This document shows positions 47,158-58,390 of a DNA stretch of 64,000 nt, piece after piece. This DNA comes from a virus, in IMG/VR virus record IMGVR_UViG_3300010885_017276, positions 1-64,000 of that record. The stretch is one strand, 5' to 3'. Position 1 is the first letter of the stretch; each line of letters begins with the position of its first letter. A program made the translations under genes and the position numbers. The notes beneath the pieces are model-generated. The model was not told the DNA's origin. It was given only the letters and a program-made list of their open reading frames with translations, and ran no database searches.

Positions 47158-50100
47158 ATCGGCAATGAAGCCAACGTAAAACTTAAATCACAATGAAACT
47201 AATTAATCTAAACTTAGTAAACGAATTACTAGACAACCAACACGAGGGCTACGAACTAATGGTTTACACAAAACAGCCTAACCAATCCGACTATGAACTA
47301 TCTGAATTTTTTGAACTAGAAAACATCAAGAACTTAAAATCCTTGTGTGCTAGAATACTAAAACAAATGGGGAATAAGGTAGGATGTATCGATTTTAAGA
47401 TGAACTACGAAGACACAGATTTTGACCAAGTAACAATCTATAAAAACTAATAAGATGAAAGAAGAAACCAAGAAAGAACTATTTGATTTTCTATACACTA
47501 TGGAAGACAAACTAGAGTACGACAAAACAGCCCTAGGTAAAAGACTAGGAGAACTAATAAACAAGCTACAACAAGAACTAATAAGATGAAACAAGAAACT
47601 TTTTTACTAGTAGGTTTATCCACTATTCTAACTATGGCTTTTTTTCTAGGGGGCAAAGAAAAGTCTTGTGCTAAGAGATTATTCTCGACAGCCCAACCCC
47701 AACAAAAAGAATACAAGTTTGTATCAACAGAACTACTAGCCCTAACACAAACAGACACACTAACACTTAAAACTAACTAATATGAAATCAGTACACGAAT
47801 TATCAGCAGAAGAATTACAAGAGTTAAGAAGTCGTTGGTATCATCAACACCTAGACGATGGCACTTTGGAAGAAGTTATGGAATACGACCCCGAAGATGA
47901 AGACAACGTACCTATGGATGTTGTAATAGAGTATTATGGGGCAACTTACTTTGTAGAAGAAGACTTTTGGTGTAACCTTACAGACTAACTAATATGAAAC
48001 AGATAACAATAGAACAAGCATTCAAAAAACTAGTTGAAAAGGGATTCTCAATTAGTGAACTAAAGCCAAATGAATTTTTAGTAATCGATAATGGTAAATT
48101 TGGATTTTGTGATGATGAAGACCCGTTCATCGTTGACGGAAATGATATTATAGAAATCTATCAAAACTATATTACAGACTAACTAATATAAAGTAGACTA
48201 AAAAAACTTTAAAAAAAATTTGGTAGTTACATTTTAATAACGTATCTTTGACTTATCAAACTAAAACAATTAATATGAAAACAGAAGAAGCAAAAAAAGT
48301 ATTGGAAAACGAAGGTTACTTTGTAGATAACTTATGGCAGACTTGCGATGTTACTATGAACTACGATTGCACGGAAGAAGAAGCCCAAAAAGTTTTAAAT
48401 GAAGCCCTTACAAACGAGGCAACGTATCAACAAATTTGGGAAGCAATATCCTATTCAGCAGAGAGTTTTAATTTAAAACGTAGAGACTAACTTGTACAAT
48501 TTATAACTATGAAAACATCACTAAGATTACAAGAAACAGAAACTATTGGGAGTAGTGGTTTATGCCACACACTAACCGGTACATACACCTTGGTTGGTAA
48601 GATTCAAGACACAGACCACATCCTAATTGAATGCCCCGACACACACGAACTATTTATAATCAATAACAACCTAAACCTTTACTAGAATGATTCGAGACTT
48701 TGACCAATTAAGAGACATAGCTATACAAATGGTTAATAACCTAGTGGAGCAAGGGTACATCCCAAATTGTACCGACACAGACGACAACACCGAGTTTGAT
48801 GTGCAGGATTTATTACTAGAAATTTTAATAGACAGCCTAGTACAACAAGATTGCGTTACCCCCAATGGAGTTGCTTCGAGTAGCGTAGAGTTAAAAGAAG
48901 TTAATGAAGACTATCGAATTGCTTTTATTAGTGTTGATGAAATACCCCTAGGTATCTTTGAACTACTTTATGATAAGCAACAAGAAGACAGACCTTATGT
49001 TTTGATTAATTACGATGTAACGTATGTTGATAACCTAATTTAAACTAACTAATATGAAAACAGAAATAATAAAATACATTGACGGCCACTCCGGAAACCA
49101 ATGTGAGATTTTTAGATTAACTAATACAAACGGAGAAGTTTTACACGAGAGAGATTATACATCCCAAACAGAGAATGTAGAAAATTACTTTGAGGATTTT
49201 TTAGAGCCGTTGTTTTTAGAAGCCGAGCAAAGTTTTGATAAACTAATTAGTTTGTATGATGTTGCAGATTTGCTAGAAGCTATGGCTTCGGACAAAGAAG
49301 CAGAGGAAATGCGTTCAGCCCTAAATTTAATATCTAAATTTTTTATAAAAATAATCTAAAAAAAGTTTGGTATTCTAGAATTAATAACGTACATTTGTTC
49401 AAGATTTAAAACAATAAAAGTTATGAAAGAATTAGATTTTTATGTGTATGTATTTTCAGACGGGACTACAGCACCTTTTGAAATAGCAGAAAAGATAGTT
49501 ATAGGAATATGGTGCGTTTTTAATAAATAAGACTTAAAACAAACAAATTATGATAAGATTAAACCTTTCAATCAGCAGAAGTCGTTATTTCGACAACCAA
49601 AAAGATTTAGCAGAATTTCTAGGTATCAAGAATACCTCCAAGAAAGCAATAGAGAGTAGATGTAGAGTGTTACACTTTGAAATAGAATTTTAAATTAGTT
49701 AATATGAGAACAGCATACCAATTATACCAAGTGGATTTTGTAAAACACAGCAACCGAGAACTGACTATCTCAGCTACCAATCGTAGAGGCAAGATTTTTG
49801 TAGCCGAACTACAACGTACCGATGAAAGGTATTGGCAAGGTTACACAGATTTTAGGTCTAGTGACTACAAAAATTTTAAAGCTGTTGTCCTAGAATTTTT
49901 GCAAGATTTAGTACAAGAAGCCAAGCACTATGACAATCGTTGGTATAATTTTAATTCTATGGTTCGATGTGAAGAAGGCGGAAGCAGACCACTGACTTGG
50001 GAAGAAACTGCCTATGGTAGCTTAGTCAACGAAGCCGAGCCAGTATTCAAAGGCCACGTTAAATTTAATACTAACTAATATGATCTTATCAATAGCAATT

Positions 50101-51299
50101 ATACTAGGTATCGCAATGATACTTAATATCATACAGAAACAAGGTAATTACAATGTACTAATAGCTTCAGCCTTGGTTATTTCTTTGTGGGATTTATGTT
50201 TCCCTCTAGCAATAGTTGTACTAGTTTTACTAGTTTTTATAGGAATAGCAGTAGCAATAAAAGAATAAAAATAATTCAAAAAAAATTTGGTAGTTACAAA
50301 AACAAGTTGTATATTTGTATAACAAAACAGAGGGATAGCCGAAACCCTAACCTAGTAGGCAAACTTAATATAAAACAAAATGAAAAGAACAATCGAACAA
50401 ACACAAGAAGCAGTACAAGAAAACGTAAGCAGTATCTTTACAAAAGATGATGTGCTAGAACTATTAAGAAACATTGAACAAACTAGTCCAAACATTTCGG
50501 ATGAAACCAAGGAAAGTATCATCTCCGATATTATGCAGTCATTGGAGTACGAGGCCGATAACTTTATCGACAAAGATAGCATAAGCCTAGAAATTGACAG
50601 CAATAACTATGTTTCTATCGACAGAGCAGATATAGACTTTGATGTTATCAAAAACGTAATACGAGACATCATACTTAATGCTGATTTTGAAACTAACTAA
50701 TCTAAAGTAATATGAGAGTAGTTAGGATAAATACCACAGCATACCAAGAAGAAGATTTCTTTTTGATGACAGATTTGACAGACCAACAGATTGAGGGAGT
50801 AATTGTCCCAATAGTGGAACTAGAACGTAAAGATGAAAGCTGCTATTATACAAACGAAGACCTTGTAGAGTCTTTAATGGATAAATACCCCGACAATACT
50901 ATTGTTATGCACGCAGATTTTGAAACAATATCAATCTAAAAAATAATTTAAAAAAAGCTTTGTAATATAAAATAAAGTATTATATTTGTACCGGCAATCA
51001 AGCCAAACTAAATTTATAACTTATGGAAAAATTTGCAAGACAATGCTCAGTAACGGGCGAAGGTATGAACAACGGCTATGTGTACAGAGATGGAGAAATG
51101 TATTTCAAGTACGAACCCGACCTTGTAGCCCACATCAGAAGCCTAGACAACGATTCATCTAACCTATCGGATGAATTTCTACTAGGAGAAGCTTACGACC
51201 TAGAGGAGTACTACTACACCGAATGGGAGGATGAAGATGATTACCAATACCAATTAATAAACGGAGTACTAACTGAATTAGAAGATTAAACTAACTAAG

Positions 51300-51479
51300 A
51301 TGAAAAACTTTAAAGACTTAACGCAGACAGAACAACAATCCCTAGAACAAGATTACTTTATCCCAACAGACAAAGCTAACCTATTCCTAGATGAACACAG
51401 CCGACCTTATTCACAAACACCGGTAGGTAAGATGTATTGCTCAAAAAAAACTAATTATAACTATTCAATCAAAAACTAA
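51300..51479 (+). CDS. 59-aa early protein (paralog of 43009..43149)
   Basis: DEHSRPYSQTPVGKMYCSKK...YSIKN. Confidence 0.55.
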   Translation: MKNFKDLTQTEQQSLEQDYFIPTDKANLFLDEHSRPYSQTPVGKMYCSKKTNYNYSIKN

Positions 51480-52454
51480 CATTATGGCAGATTCAACCGG
51501 ACAATTAGACAAACTAATAGAGGACAAAGTAGACAACAAAATCAAAGATTTTGCTAAAAGTCTAACAGACCAAATAACCAATTTTTTGAAGGACAACGGG
51601 GACTATCACGGAGAATACCTATACGTTGTAACCCATTGGGAAAAGGATAAGTATGGAATGTATTTACCATTAGCACAGCAAGGCCAAAGTATATATCAAG
51701 TACAAAGGGGGTTAGCACACGGATTATCCCTTACCATAAAAAATACGATGATTAAAAAAGAAACACAACAATTGCTAGAAAAAGTAGCATTATTAAGCTA
51801 GGAACTATGAAAACAAAATTTGTAAAATTAACATCTCACAATAGCAATAACGCAATCTATCTAAACGTAGATATGATTGGAGATATTTGTGAAGCTGACG
51901 GGTATACAAGAGTAGGACACCTAACTCACAACAACGGGGGGTTTAAAGTTTCTGAAGAAGTAGAAGAAGTTTTGTATTTAATCAGCGAATTAACTAACAG
52001 CTAAGAACTATGGAAATTAATATAAACTTATTAGAAGCCGCTTCTGAATTAGCACACGAAATTGTGTGTGCTAAATTTGAAGATGATGATAGTGCTATCT
52101 ACGAAAGTACTACCGACACGATTACAAACTATTCCGAAGAAGCACAAGACCTATTCAACGAATGGTACGATTACTATTACGACTTTTTACTCAGACTTAA
52201 AATAAACTAGAAATTATGGCAATTATTAAAATCACAAAGCAAAATTGGAAAACAATTAACCCAACAAAAACGGGTGTAGACAATGAATTTTTAGACAAGG
52301 AGTTTCCTATTCTATTCAACACAAACGAAATGATTACGGCACAATCAAGCGAGTATGGTGGCACTCGTATAACCTACAAAAAAGCAATGGTAGATACACT
52401 GAACTGCAAGGAAACATTAGAAGAAATTTATAAATTAATAAACAATTAGAAACT

Positions 52455-52814
52455 ATGGGAAGATATTATAGCGGAGACATCGAAGGAAAATTTTGGTTCG
52501 GATTACAAAGCAGTACAGCTGCTGACAGATTTGGAGTAGAGTACAATGAGCCAAACTACGTTGAGTACTACTACGAAAAAGAAGACTTAAAAAAGGTTGA
52601 AAAAGAAATCAAAAAGATTCAAAAAGCCCTAGGAGATACCCTAGCAAAAATTGAAAAATTCTTTACTGAAAATGATGGTTGGAATAATGAAATGCTAGAA
52701 AAAGCCGGTATTACTAAAGCAGAACTTAACGAATACGCTGACCTAGAGTTAGGTATTAAAATCAGAGATTGTATCAAGGATAACGGGGCTTGTAGATTTG
52801 ATGCAGAACTTTAA
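52455..52814 (+). CDS. Phage hypothetical protein
   Basis: MGRYYSGDIEGKFWFGLQSS..ADRFG motif. Confidence 0.7.
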   Translation: MGRYYSGDIEGKFWFGLQSSTAADRFGVEYNEPNYVEYYYEKEDLKKVEKEIKKIQKALGDTLAKIEKFFTENDGWNNEMLEKAGITKAELNEYADLELGIKIRDCIKDNGACRFDAEL

Positions 52815-54097
52815 ACTAACCAATACTCCCCCGATGTAATGTTGGGGGATTTAAACAAACTTATATGAAAAACTTGACAGCAGAACAAAGATTAGTCTTT
52901 ATAAGACAAGATGTAGCTAGACTACTAGAGAAATTACCGGAGTCTATCCTAAATACACACATAGAGGGCTACGAGAACTTAGGGGTAGTGCTAGATAATA
53001 TCGCTATTGCTTCGGATGAAACTGACCTAGAGCCTTTACATTGGCTTGTAACGTGGTATGAAGTATTCCGGCACGACGGGATTGAAGGCACGGATGTCCT
53101 TGCTGTTTGTGACACAGAAAAGCAAGCCCTAGATTTTATGTATGATTACTCAATGAGATATCCAAACGTAGAATTGCATTGTGATGAATGGCAGTCAAAC
53201 GCAGACGGAACCGGAACAGCAACAAGAAATCCAATATCTTAAACTAACTAGTATGAGACTTATAACAGAATACAATCCAATTATTAGCAAACCGGCAAAG
53301 GCATTTATAAAAAGCGAAGTCACACCAAGTATGACATCTTATGACGGAGAGAGTAATCAATACTCAATCAGTTATTGCATTGACATACTAGAGCAAGAAC
53401 AAAAAATCTTTGAGCAAGACCTAGAAATTTTAAATGGATTAGCACAAGAGGGAGTAGATCATATAGAGTTTTAACTATGGACATAACAATAAACATCGAA
53501 GAAACAGCAGCAGTACTAGCAAATAGAGAAGTCTACTTGAGAGAGAGGCAAGCTATTGTTGAACACGGCACAGACTACTTACAAGGAAGCCCATTTAAGG
53601 GCGGCATATTCCTAGAGGATGAGATTACCTATACACCGGAAGCACAGAAATACTTTGATAGAGAGTACAAACTTTGGTACGAGTTTTTGTTAGAAATGAA
53701 AATAGCAAAAAATGAGTAGCGACATATTGTTATCCCTAGAGGAAGTGCAGAAGTATTTGGCCAAGGACAAGAAATGTAAGGCAGCACAGAAAAAAGAGGT
53801 GCTGCAGACCTTAGAAAACATATCCAATACCAAGGGCAGAAAATGGACATTTGTATCGGAAGATGATAAGTATTTCATTGACGAGTACAACGAATACAGC
53901 GATTTTGTAAAGACATACACATTTAAACTATGAGAATATTTGGGGTACTACTTTTTTTCTTTTGTATTTTTATTATAAAAAAGTGTCAGAAGTATTAAAA
54001 ATTTAGTACCTTTGCAAAAACAAAAACAAATGATATTATACATAATAATAATAATAGGCTTTGTGTACATATACGCTAAGGCAGAATACTAAACAAA

Positions 54098-54334
54098 ATG
54101 AAGACAATAATCCACGTAAACCAACACGAAATAAAGGCCAATACCAAGAACAAAACAGAGAATCCGGTATTAACTTGTAAGACTTATAAGACCAACGATT
54201 ATGCCAACGAAGTAGAGATACTAGACAAGAACGGAGAAGTGGTCGCAAAGGTAGTGTACAGCCCCCACAAGCCACTCAGCTGTGGTGCTAGGGTGTGGAT
54301 TGAAACATACAACGAAATAAATATAATAAAATAG
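54098..54334 (+). CDS. Phage hypothetical protein
   Basis: IIHVNQH..KVVYSP.KPLSCGARVWIET motif. Confidence 0.7.
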   Translation: MKTIIHVNQHEIKANTKNKTENPVLTCKTYKTNDYANEVEILDKNGEVVAKVVYSPHKPLSCGARVWIETYNEINIIK

Positions 54335-54522
54335 TGTCTAATTGATGTGATGATAAATCCTTTTAAACCCTAAAATGTTGGCCGTTACTTTGGTCGTATC
54401 CCTATGCTATATCAATTAGACCAAGTTTTTCATAGTAGCATAAAAAGTAACATGGGTGGCAGTTCGGAAAGACGGACTTAATTTTAAACTAACTAATACG
54501 AAAACAATATAGAACCTAATGT

Positions 54523-54897
54523 TTGGAGAAAATTATGAATATATTTAAAAGGACTTTAAAACTAGATGAACAAGAACAAGCTATATTTGATTTGATAGTC
54601 AGTATGGTTTCAAAAAAAGAATGCAACATCGAAATAGACCCCGATGATTTTTCTTACTTGGTTTCAATAGAAAGACTGCATTATTATTTATTGATAGATA
54701 ACTTTGGCATCCGGCTGTCAAACCACGAGTTTTTTATATCTCGGAAGTTTAGCGACAAGGTGCTAGATAAATTCAAAGATGTAATCAAAAAAGAAGTGGT
54801 AAGAAGGAGAGCAATCAAAGTAGATAGTATCTTTAAAAACGAAATGGACTTATTAACTAAAATAAACAGCAACATAAACAATGGGGAAATCAACTAA
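54523..54897 (+). CDS. Hypothetical protein
   Basis: 124-aa ORF. Confidence 0.6.
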   Translation: MEKIMNIFKRTLKLDEQEQAIFDLIVSMVSKKECNIEIDPDDFSYLVSIERLHYYLLIDNFGIRLSNHEFFISRKFSDKVLDKFKDVIKKEVVRRRAIKVDSIFKNEMDLLTKINSNINNGEIN

Positions 54898-55378
54898 CGA
54901 AGTTTTAAAGGTTTCAGACTTAGTGGCTTTTGGAGAAAGTGACTATCTAGAAACAAAGAGAACATTAAAAATTATGGATGATATGGTAAAGGAGTATGTC
55001 AATAGTACAGACAGCCTAGACCAATTAGAAAACCTAAAGAAACGATTTAATGGGTATCTTGTGTATCTAGCCGGATATTACAGCAAGATTAGATGTTTCC
55101 GAGAGAACTACGAATACCTAGAGGCACAGCGTAAACGTATCAAGAGTGAGGCCATTGAAGACCTAATCCGAAATAGTGATGAGAAGCTGTCTCAATCAGC
55201 AGCCGAGAAGGTGGTTTACTCACATCCCTACTACACAGAACGTATTACCTTGTTAGAACAGCTAAAACGATTCTTCTATCTAGTGGACTTGTCTTACCAA
55301 AACTACCAAGATGTCCAAAGAAGTATCTATCAGAGTATATCAGTATTAGCAAAAGAAAAACAATCAACAATAAACTAA
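54881..55378 (+). CDS. Helical protein, possibly UvsY-like recombination mediator
   Basis: All-helical 165 aa with SAAEKVVYSHPYY segment; phage encodes RecA; function is a guess. Confidence 0.4.
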   Translation: MGKSTNEVLKVSDLVAFGESDYLETKRTLKIMDDMVKEYVNSTDSLDQLENLKKRFNGYLVYLAGYYSKIRCFRENYEYLEAQRKRIKSEAIEDLIRNSDEKLSQSAAEKVVYSHPYYTERITLLEQLKRFFYLVDLSYQNYQDVQRSIYQSISVLAKEKQSTIN

Positions 55379-55599
55379 TGGAGGTTTCAGAACTAATTAA
55401 TTTTTTGTCCAAATTTGAACCAAGCACTAGGGTTATGGTTAGGGGGTACGAAGGTGGCTACGATGATTTAGTATCAGCTAAATTGAAAGATGTAGTTCTA
55501 GATGTATACGATGAATGGTGGTATGGTAAAAACGAAGTATTAGAACAGGTATCAAAAGGCAATAGCAAAGAATCAATAAAAACAATTATACTAGAATGA
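55378..55599 (+). CDS. Hypothetical protein
   Basis: VSELINFL..F....RVMVRGYEGGYDD motif. Confidence 0.6.
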   Translation: MEVSELINFLSKFEPSTRVMVRGYEGGYDDLVSAKLKDVVLDVYDEWWYGKNEVLEQVSKGNSKESIKTIILE

Positions 55600-55976
55600 A
55601 AAAATTATTATTTGCAGTATTACTGCTACTATGTTTGTCTGTATCCTACGGACAAGAAACACAATTCAGAAGAATCTACACAGAGTTAGCTATTACTCAA
55701 AATGGGGAAACAACCAACAGCCAAGGAGAGAATGTGATTTTCTTTAACTACGGGGGAGAAGCCGTTATCAAAATCTATCTAGCAGATGGATCTGTAAGAA
55801 CCTTTGATCAAATCACAGACCGAGACGAGGGGCGAACCAAGGGGGGTATGGGGTATTCGGGGGCTACCTACAAGGAAAGAGATAAAGACCTTACTATTTA
55901 TGTCCAGCTATTTAAAAATCAAAACTATGGGTTCAGAATTTTATTTAGTAACGGAGACATGATACAATTTTTGTAA
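55596..55976 (+). CDS. Secreted/periplasmic hypothetical protein
   Basis: Signal peptide MKKLLFAVLLLLCLSVSYG-Q (Bacteroidetes-style Gln after cleavage). Confidence 0.65.
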   Translation: MKKLLFAVLLLLCLSVSYGQETQFRRIYTELAITQNGETTNSQGENVIFFNYGGEAVIKIYLADGSVRTFDQITDRDEGRTKGGMGYSGATYKERDKDLTIYVQLFKNQNYGFRILFSNGDMIQFL

Positions 55977-56040
55977 AAAAGTTTGCACAATTAAAAAGTA
56001 AGTTATATCTTTGCACAGAATTTAAAAACCAAAATATAAA

Positions 56041-57054
56041 ATGAAACTATTAAAAGACATCCCTACAAAACACTTTGTAGCTATTGACATCGAGACAGTC
56101 AGAATTGTAGAAAATTATGGAGACTTGTCTGACGAGTGGAAATCAGCGTGGGAGTACAAAAACAAACAATCCGGAGAAGTACCATTCTTCGAGGAATTAG
56201 CAGACTCTTGGGAAAAGACATCTTCGTTGTACGCAGAGTTCAGTAAGGTATGTGCTGTGAGCGTGGTGTTCCTATCTAAGAACGAAGATAAACTAATGTG
56301 TAAGGAGTTCTTTGGCCAAGATGAAGCCTTGTTGCTATCCCAACTTAGTGCATTCTTGAACCAAATCTCCGGCAGCAGTAAAGACTTTAGACTAGTAGGA
56401 CATGCTGCTAAGTACTTTGATTATCCTTTCTTATGCAAGAGATACATCATCAACAGCCTTTCCATACCGGCACTTCTAGACACAGCTCACCAAAAACCTT
56501 GGGAGAATAGAAACCTATGCACCAACCAAGACATTTGGAAGATGGGGGGTACGGGTGCAGGAAGCTCTCTACAAGCCCTATGTACAGCTCTAGCGATTCC
56601 AATTAGTAAAGTGGACTTAGTGGGTGATGAAGTGGGGAACGCTTACTACAGAGGAGAGGTAGAAAGAATTGCTAGCTATTGTTCCTTGGATACCATTGCA
56701 ACATTCAATGTAATCCGTAGAATCAAAGGAGAAAAGATCTTTCAGTTTGACGAAGTATCCTACCTAGACAAGAAAGTAGTAGAGGTTTCTACCGCTACTA
56801 AAGAGCCGGAAGATGTGCTGTTCCAAAAGCTGCCTATCCTACATCAGATTGTAAAAGCTGAGAGTATTCCGGATGAGGTAAAGAAAGAGTTATCCGCAAT
56901 CTTAAAAAAGAAGAAGATGACCAAGAAAGACCGAGTTATTGTAGAAGATATCTTAGTTAATCTGTACATCAACAATGAGATGTTTAAGTCAGACAGTCTT
57001 ATTATACAAGAAGCAAAAAAATCAGAAATCATATACCTTTTAGACAACATATAA
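56041..57054 (+). CDS. PolB-like 3'-5' exonuclease (DEDDy)
   Basis: AIDIETV, GH...FDYPFL, SLQALC..LAIP.SK, YCSLD. Confidence 0.85.
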   Translation: MKLLKDIPTKHFVAIDIETVRIVENYGDLSDEWKSAWEYKNKQSGEVPFFEELADSWEKTSSLYAEFSKVCAVSVVFLSKNEDKLMCKEFFGQDEALLLSQLSAFLNQISGSSKDFRLVGHAAKYFDYPFLCKRYIINSLSIPALLDTAHQKPWENRNLCTNQDIWKMGGTGAGSSLQALCTALAIPISKVDLVGDEVGNAYYRGEVERIASYCSLDTIATFNVIRRIKGEKIFQFDEVSYLDKKVVEVSTATKEPEDVLFQKLPILHQIVKAESIPDEVKKELSAILKKKKMTKKDRVIVEDILVNLYINNEMFKSDSLIIQEAKKSEIIYLLDNI

Positions 57055-57749
57055 TGGCAAATACAAAATTATTAGATTTACCAAAAATCTACGAAAACGA
57101 AGGGGGTAAGTATCCCCAACATACCGGAAAGCCTAAGCTCAGTTACTCAGCGTACACATCATTCTGTGAGGCAGCCTACAGAGGGGACTTCTTTGCTAAC
57201 TACTTCCTAGGTATCCGGAGTGAGGGTAACATCTTTACGGAGTATGGAAGCAAGTGCGGTAAGTTATTTGAAACAGATACAGACAGCTCAGACCTATCTG
57301 ACTTTGATGTAAGTGTTATCAGAGATATAGAAAGACCCCCAAATGCCTTGTATGAGGTAGAGATTGTTGTTGATAGGGGATCTTATGTTATTCAAGGGTA
57401 CATAGATAGAGAGTATCTAGATATTGAAGGCAATCTTGTAATCAGCGATTTAAAGACTGGCTCTATAGAAAAGAAAGCCAAGGACTACGCTAGTCAAGAC
57501 TACCAACAAACTACTTTATACGCCTATCAGAGAGAGTTAGAGGGGGAACATATCATATATTCAGGGGTCATCCTGCTAGATCGTAAGGGTAACGGCCAAG
57601 AAAAGTACCCTTTGAGATTAACCGGAGAGATTGAGTGGATACCTACACCTTACTCTAAAAAGAGAGCAGAGTTGTTCTTAAGTAAGTTTGATGCTACTGC
57701 TAAAAAGATTGAGGAGTATCATAAAATTTATAAAAAATATTTTGTGTAA
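57054..57749 (+). CDS. PD-(D/E)XK nuclease
   Basis: LSYS, E...IQGYID...ISDLKTG...QTTLY. Confidence 0.8.
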   Translation: MANTKLLDLPKIYENEGGKYPQHTGKPKLSYSAYTSFCEAAYRGDFFANYFLGIRSEGNIFTEYGSKCGKLFETDTDSSDLSDFDVSVIRDIERPPNALYEVEIVVDRGSYVIQGYIDREYLDIEGNLVISDLKTGSIEKKAKDYASQDYQQTTLYAYQRELEGEHIIYSGVILLDRKGNGQEKYPLRLTGEIEWIPTPYSKKRAELFLSKFDATAKKIEEYHKIYKKYFV

Positions 57750-57956
57750 TTAAAATAAAGGTTGTACCTTTGCAAAATAAAATTAGTAAAAATTTATCAG
57801 TACTCCCTAAGTCAAAGTGTTATATAGCATTGGAAGTCTAAGACAAGCCAAGACTGTCTGTAAGGGGAAATCAGTAGGTAATCTGATTAAAAAAAGCTTT
57901 TGTGCATTATGGTCGAGGAGGCACTCTTTAAACAGAATCCATACACAAAAGCAATT

Positions 57957-58030
57957 GGTTTGGTAGCTCAGTTGGATAGAGCAACAGACTTCTAATCTGT
58001 AGGTCGTAGGTTCGAATCCTACCCGAATCA
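57957..58030 (+). tRNA. tRNA-Arg(TCT)
   Basis: GGTTTGG/CCGAATC acceptor, ACAGA-CTTCTAA-TCTGT anticodon arm, GTAGG-TTCGAAT-CCTAC T-arm. Confidence 0.9.
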
Positions 58031-58199
58031 CAGATTAAAATAACTAAGCTGTGTAAAGCGTCAGAACTTATAATCTGATAGAAGTTAAAGGCTAAACATT
58101 GAACCTTTGTAAACTAAGGAGTAGCAGACACTACATAAAAATTGGGAGAATGTCATCTTTACCAAAACCTATAATTTACATAAAGATATTTACAGAAAT

Positions 58200-58390
58200 G
58201 TAAAATGTGTTGTTCCCTTGAGAAAGGAATATAGGAGTAACAAATATAAATGTTAACAACACAAATGAGTTCTCGGCAAGTAGTTAATGGTTGCCCTTGT
58301 GACAGGCTTAAATGTACTTACCATGGTGAATTAACTACGTGACCCTACTCTTACTAGACTCCATGTCTGTAATTGAGGGTGCTAATAACG
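58200..58390 (+). ncRNA. Candidate multi-stem structured RNA
   Basis: TGTGTTGTT/AACAACACA, GTAGTTAAT/ATTAACTAC, ACCCT/AGGGT stems; possible TTGAGAA/TTCTCGG pseudoknot. Confidence 0.45.

Larger units (their letters stand above)
47193..54334 (+). other. Array of ~30 small, often acidic early hypothetical ORFs (host takeover/anti-defence candidates)
   Basis: Co-oriented 45-125-aa ORFs with ACTAACTAAT leaders and repeated sigma-70-type promoters (~48219, 49366, 50286, 50959). Confidence 0.7.

Noticed and set aside
48681-48697. Further copy of the palindromic operator (TAGAATGATTCG)
   Set aside because: Right half-site is broken and the match coincides with a stop/start junction
57054-57749. Cas4 indicating a CRISPR-Cas system
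   Set aside because: Generic PD-(D/E)XK nuclease lacking the C-terminal Fe-S cysteines; no cas context
57800-57870. Twister ribozyme (CCCUAA...ACAAGCC)
   Set aside because: Partial motif resemblance only; the required pseudoknot pairings could not be built, so it is kept as unclassified RNA
57807-58031. 74-aa minus-strand ORF MIRVGFEPTTYRLEVCCSIQLSY
   Set aside because: Typical antisense translation of a tRNA gene
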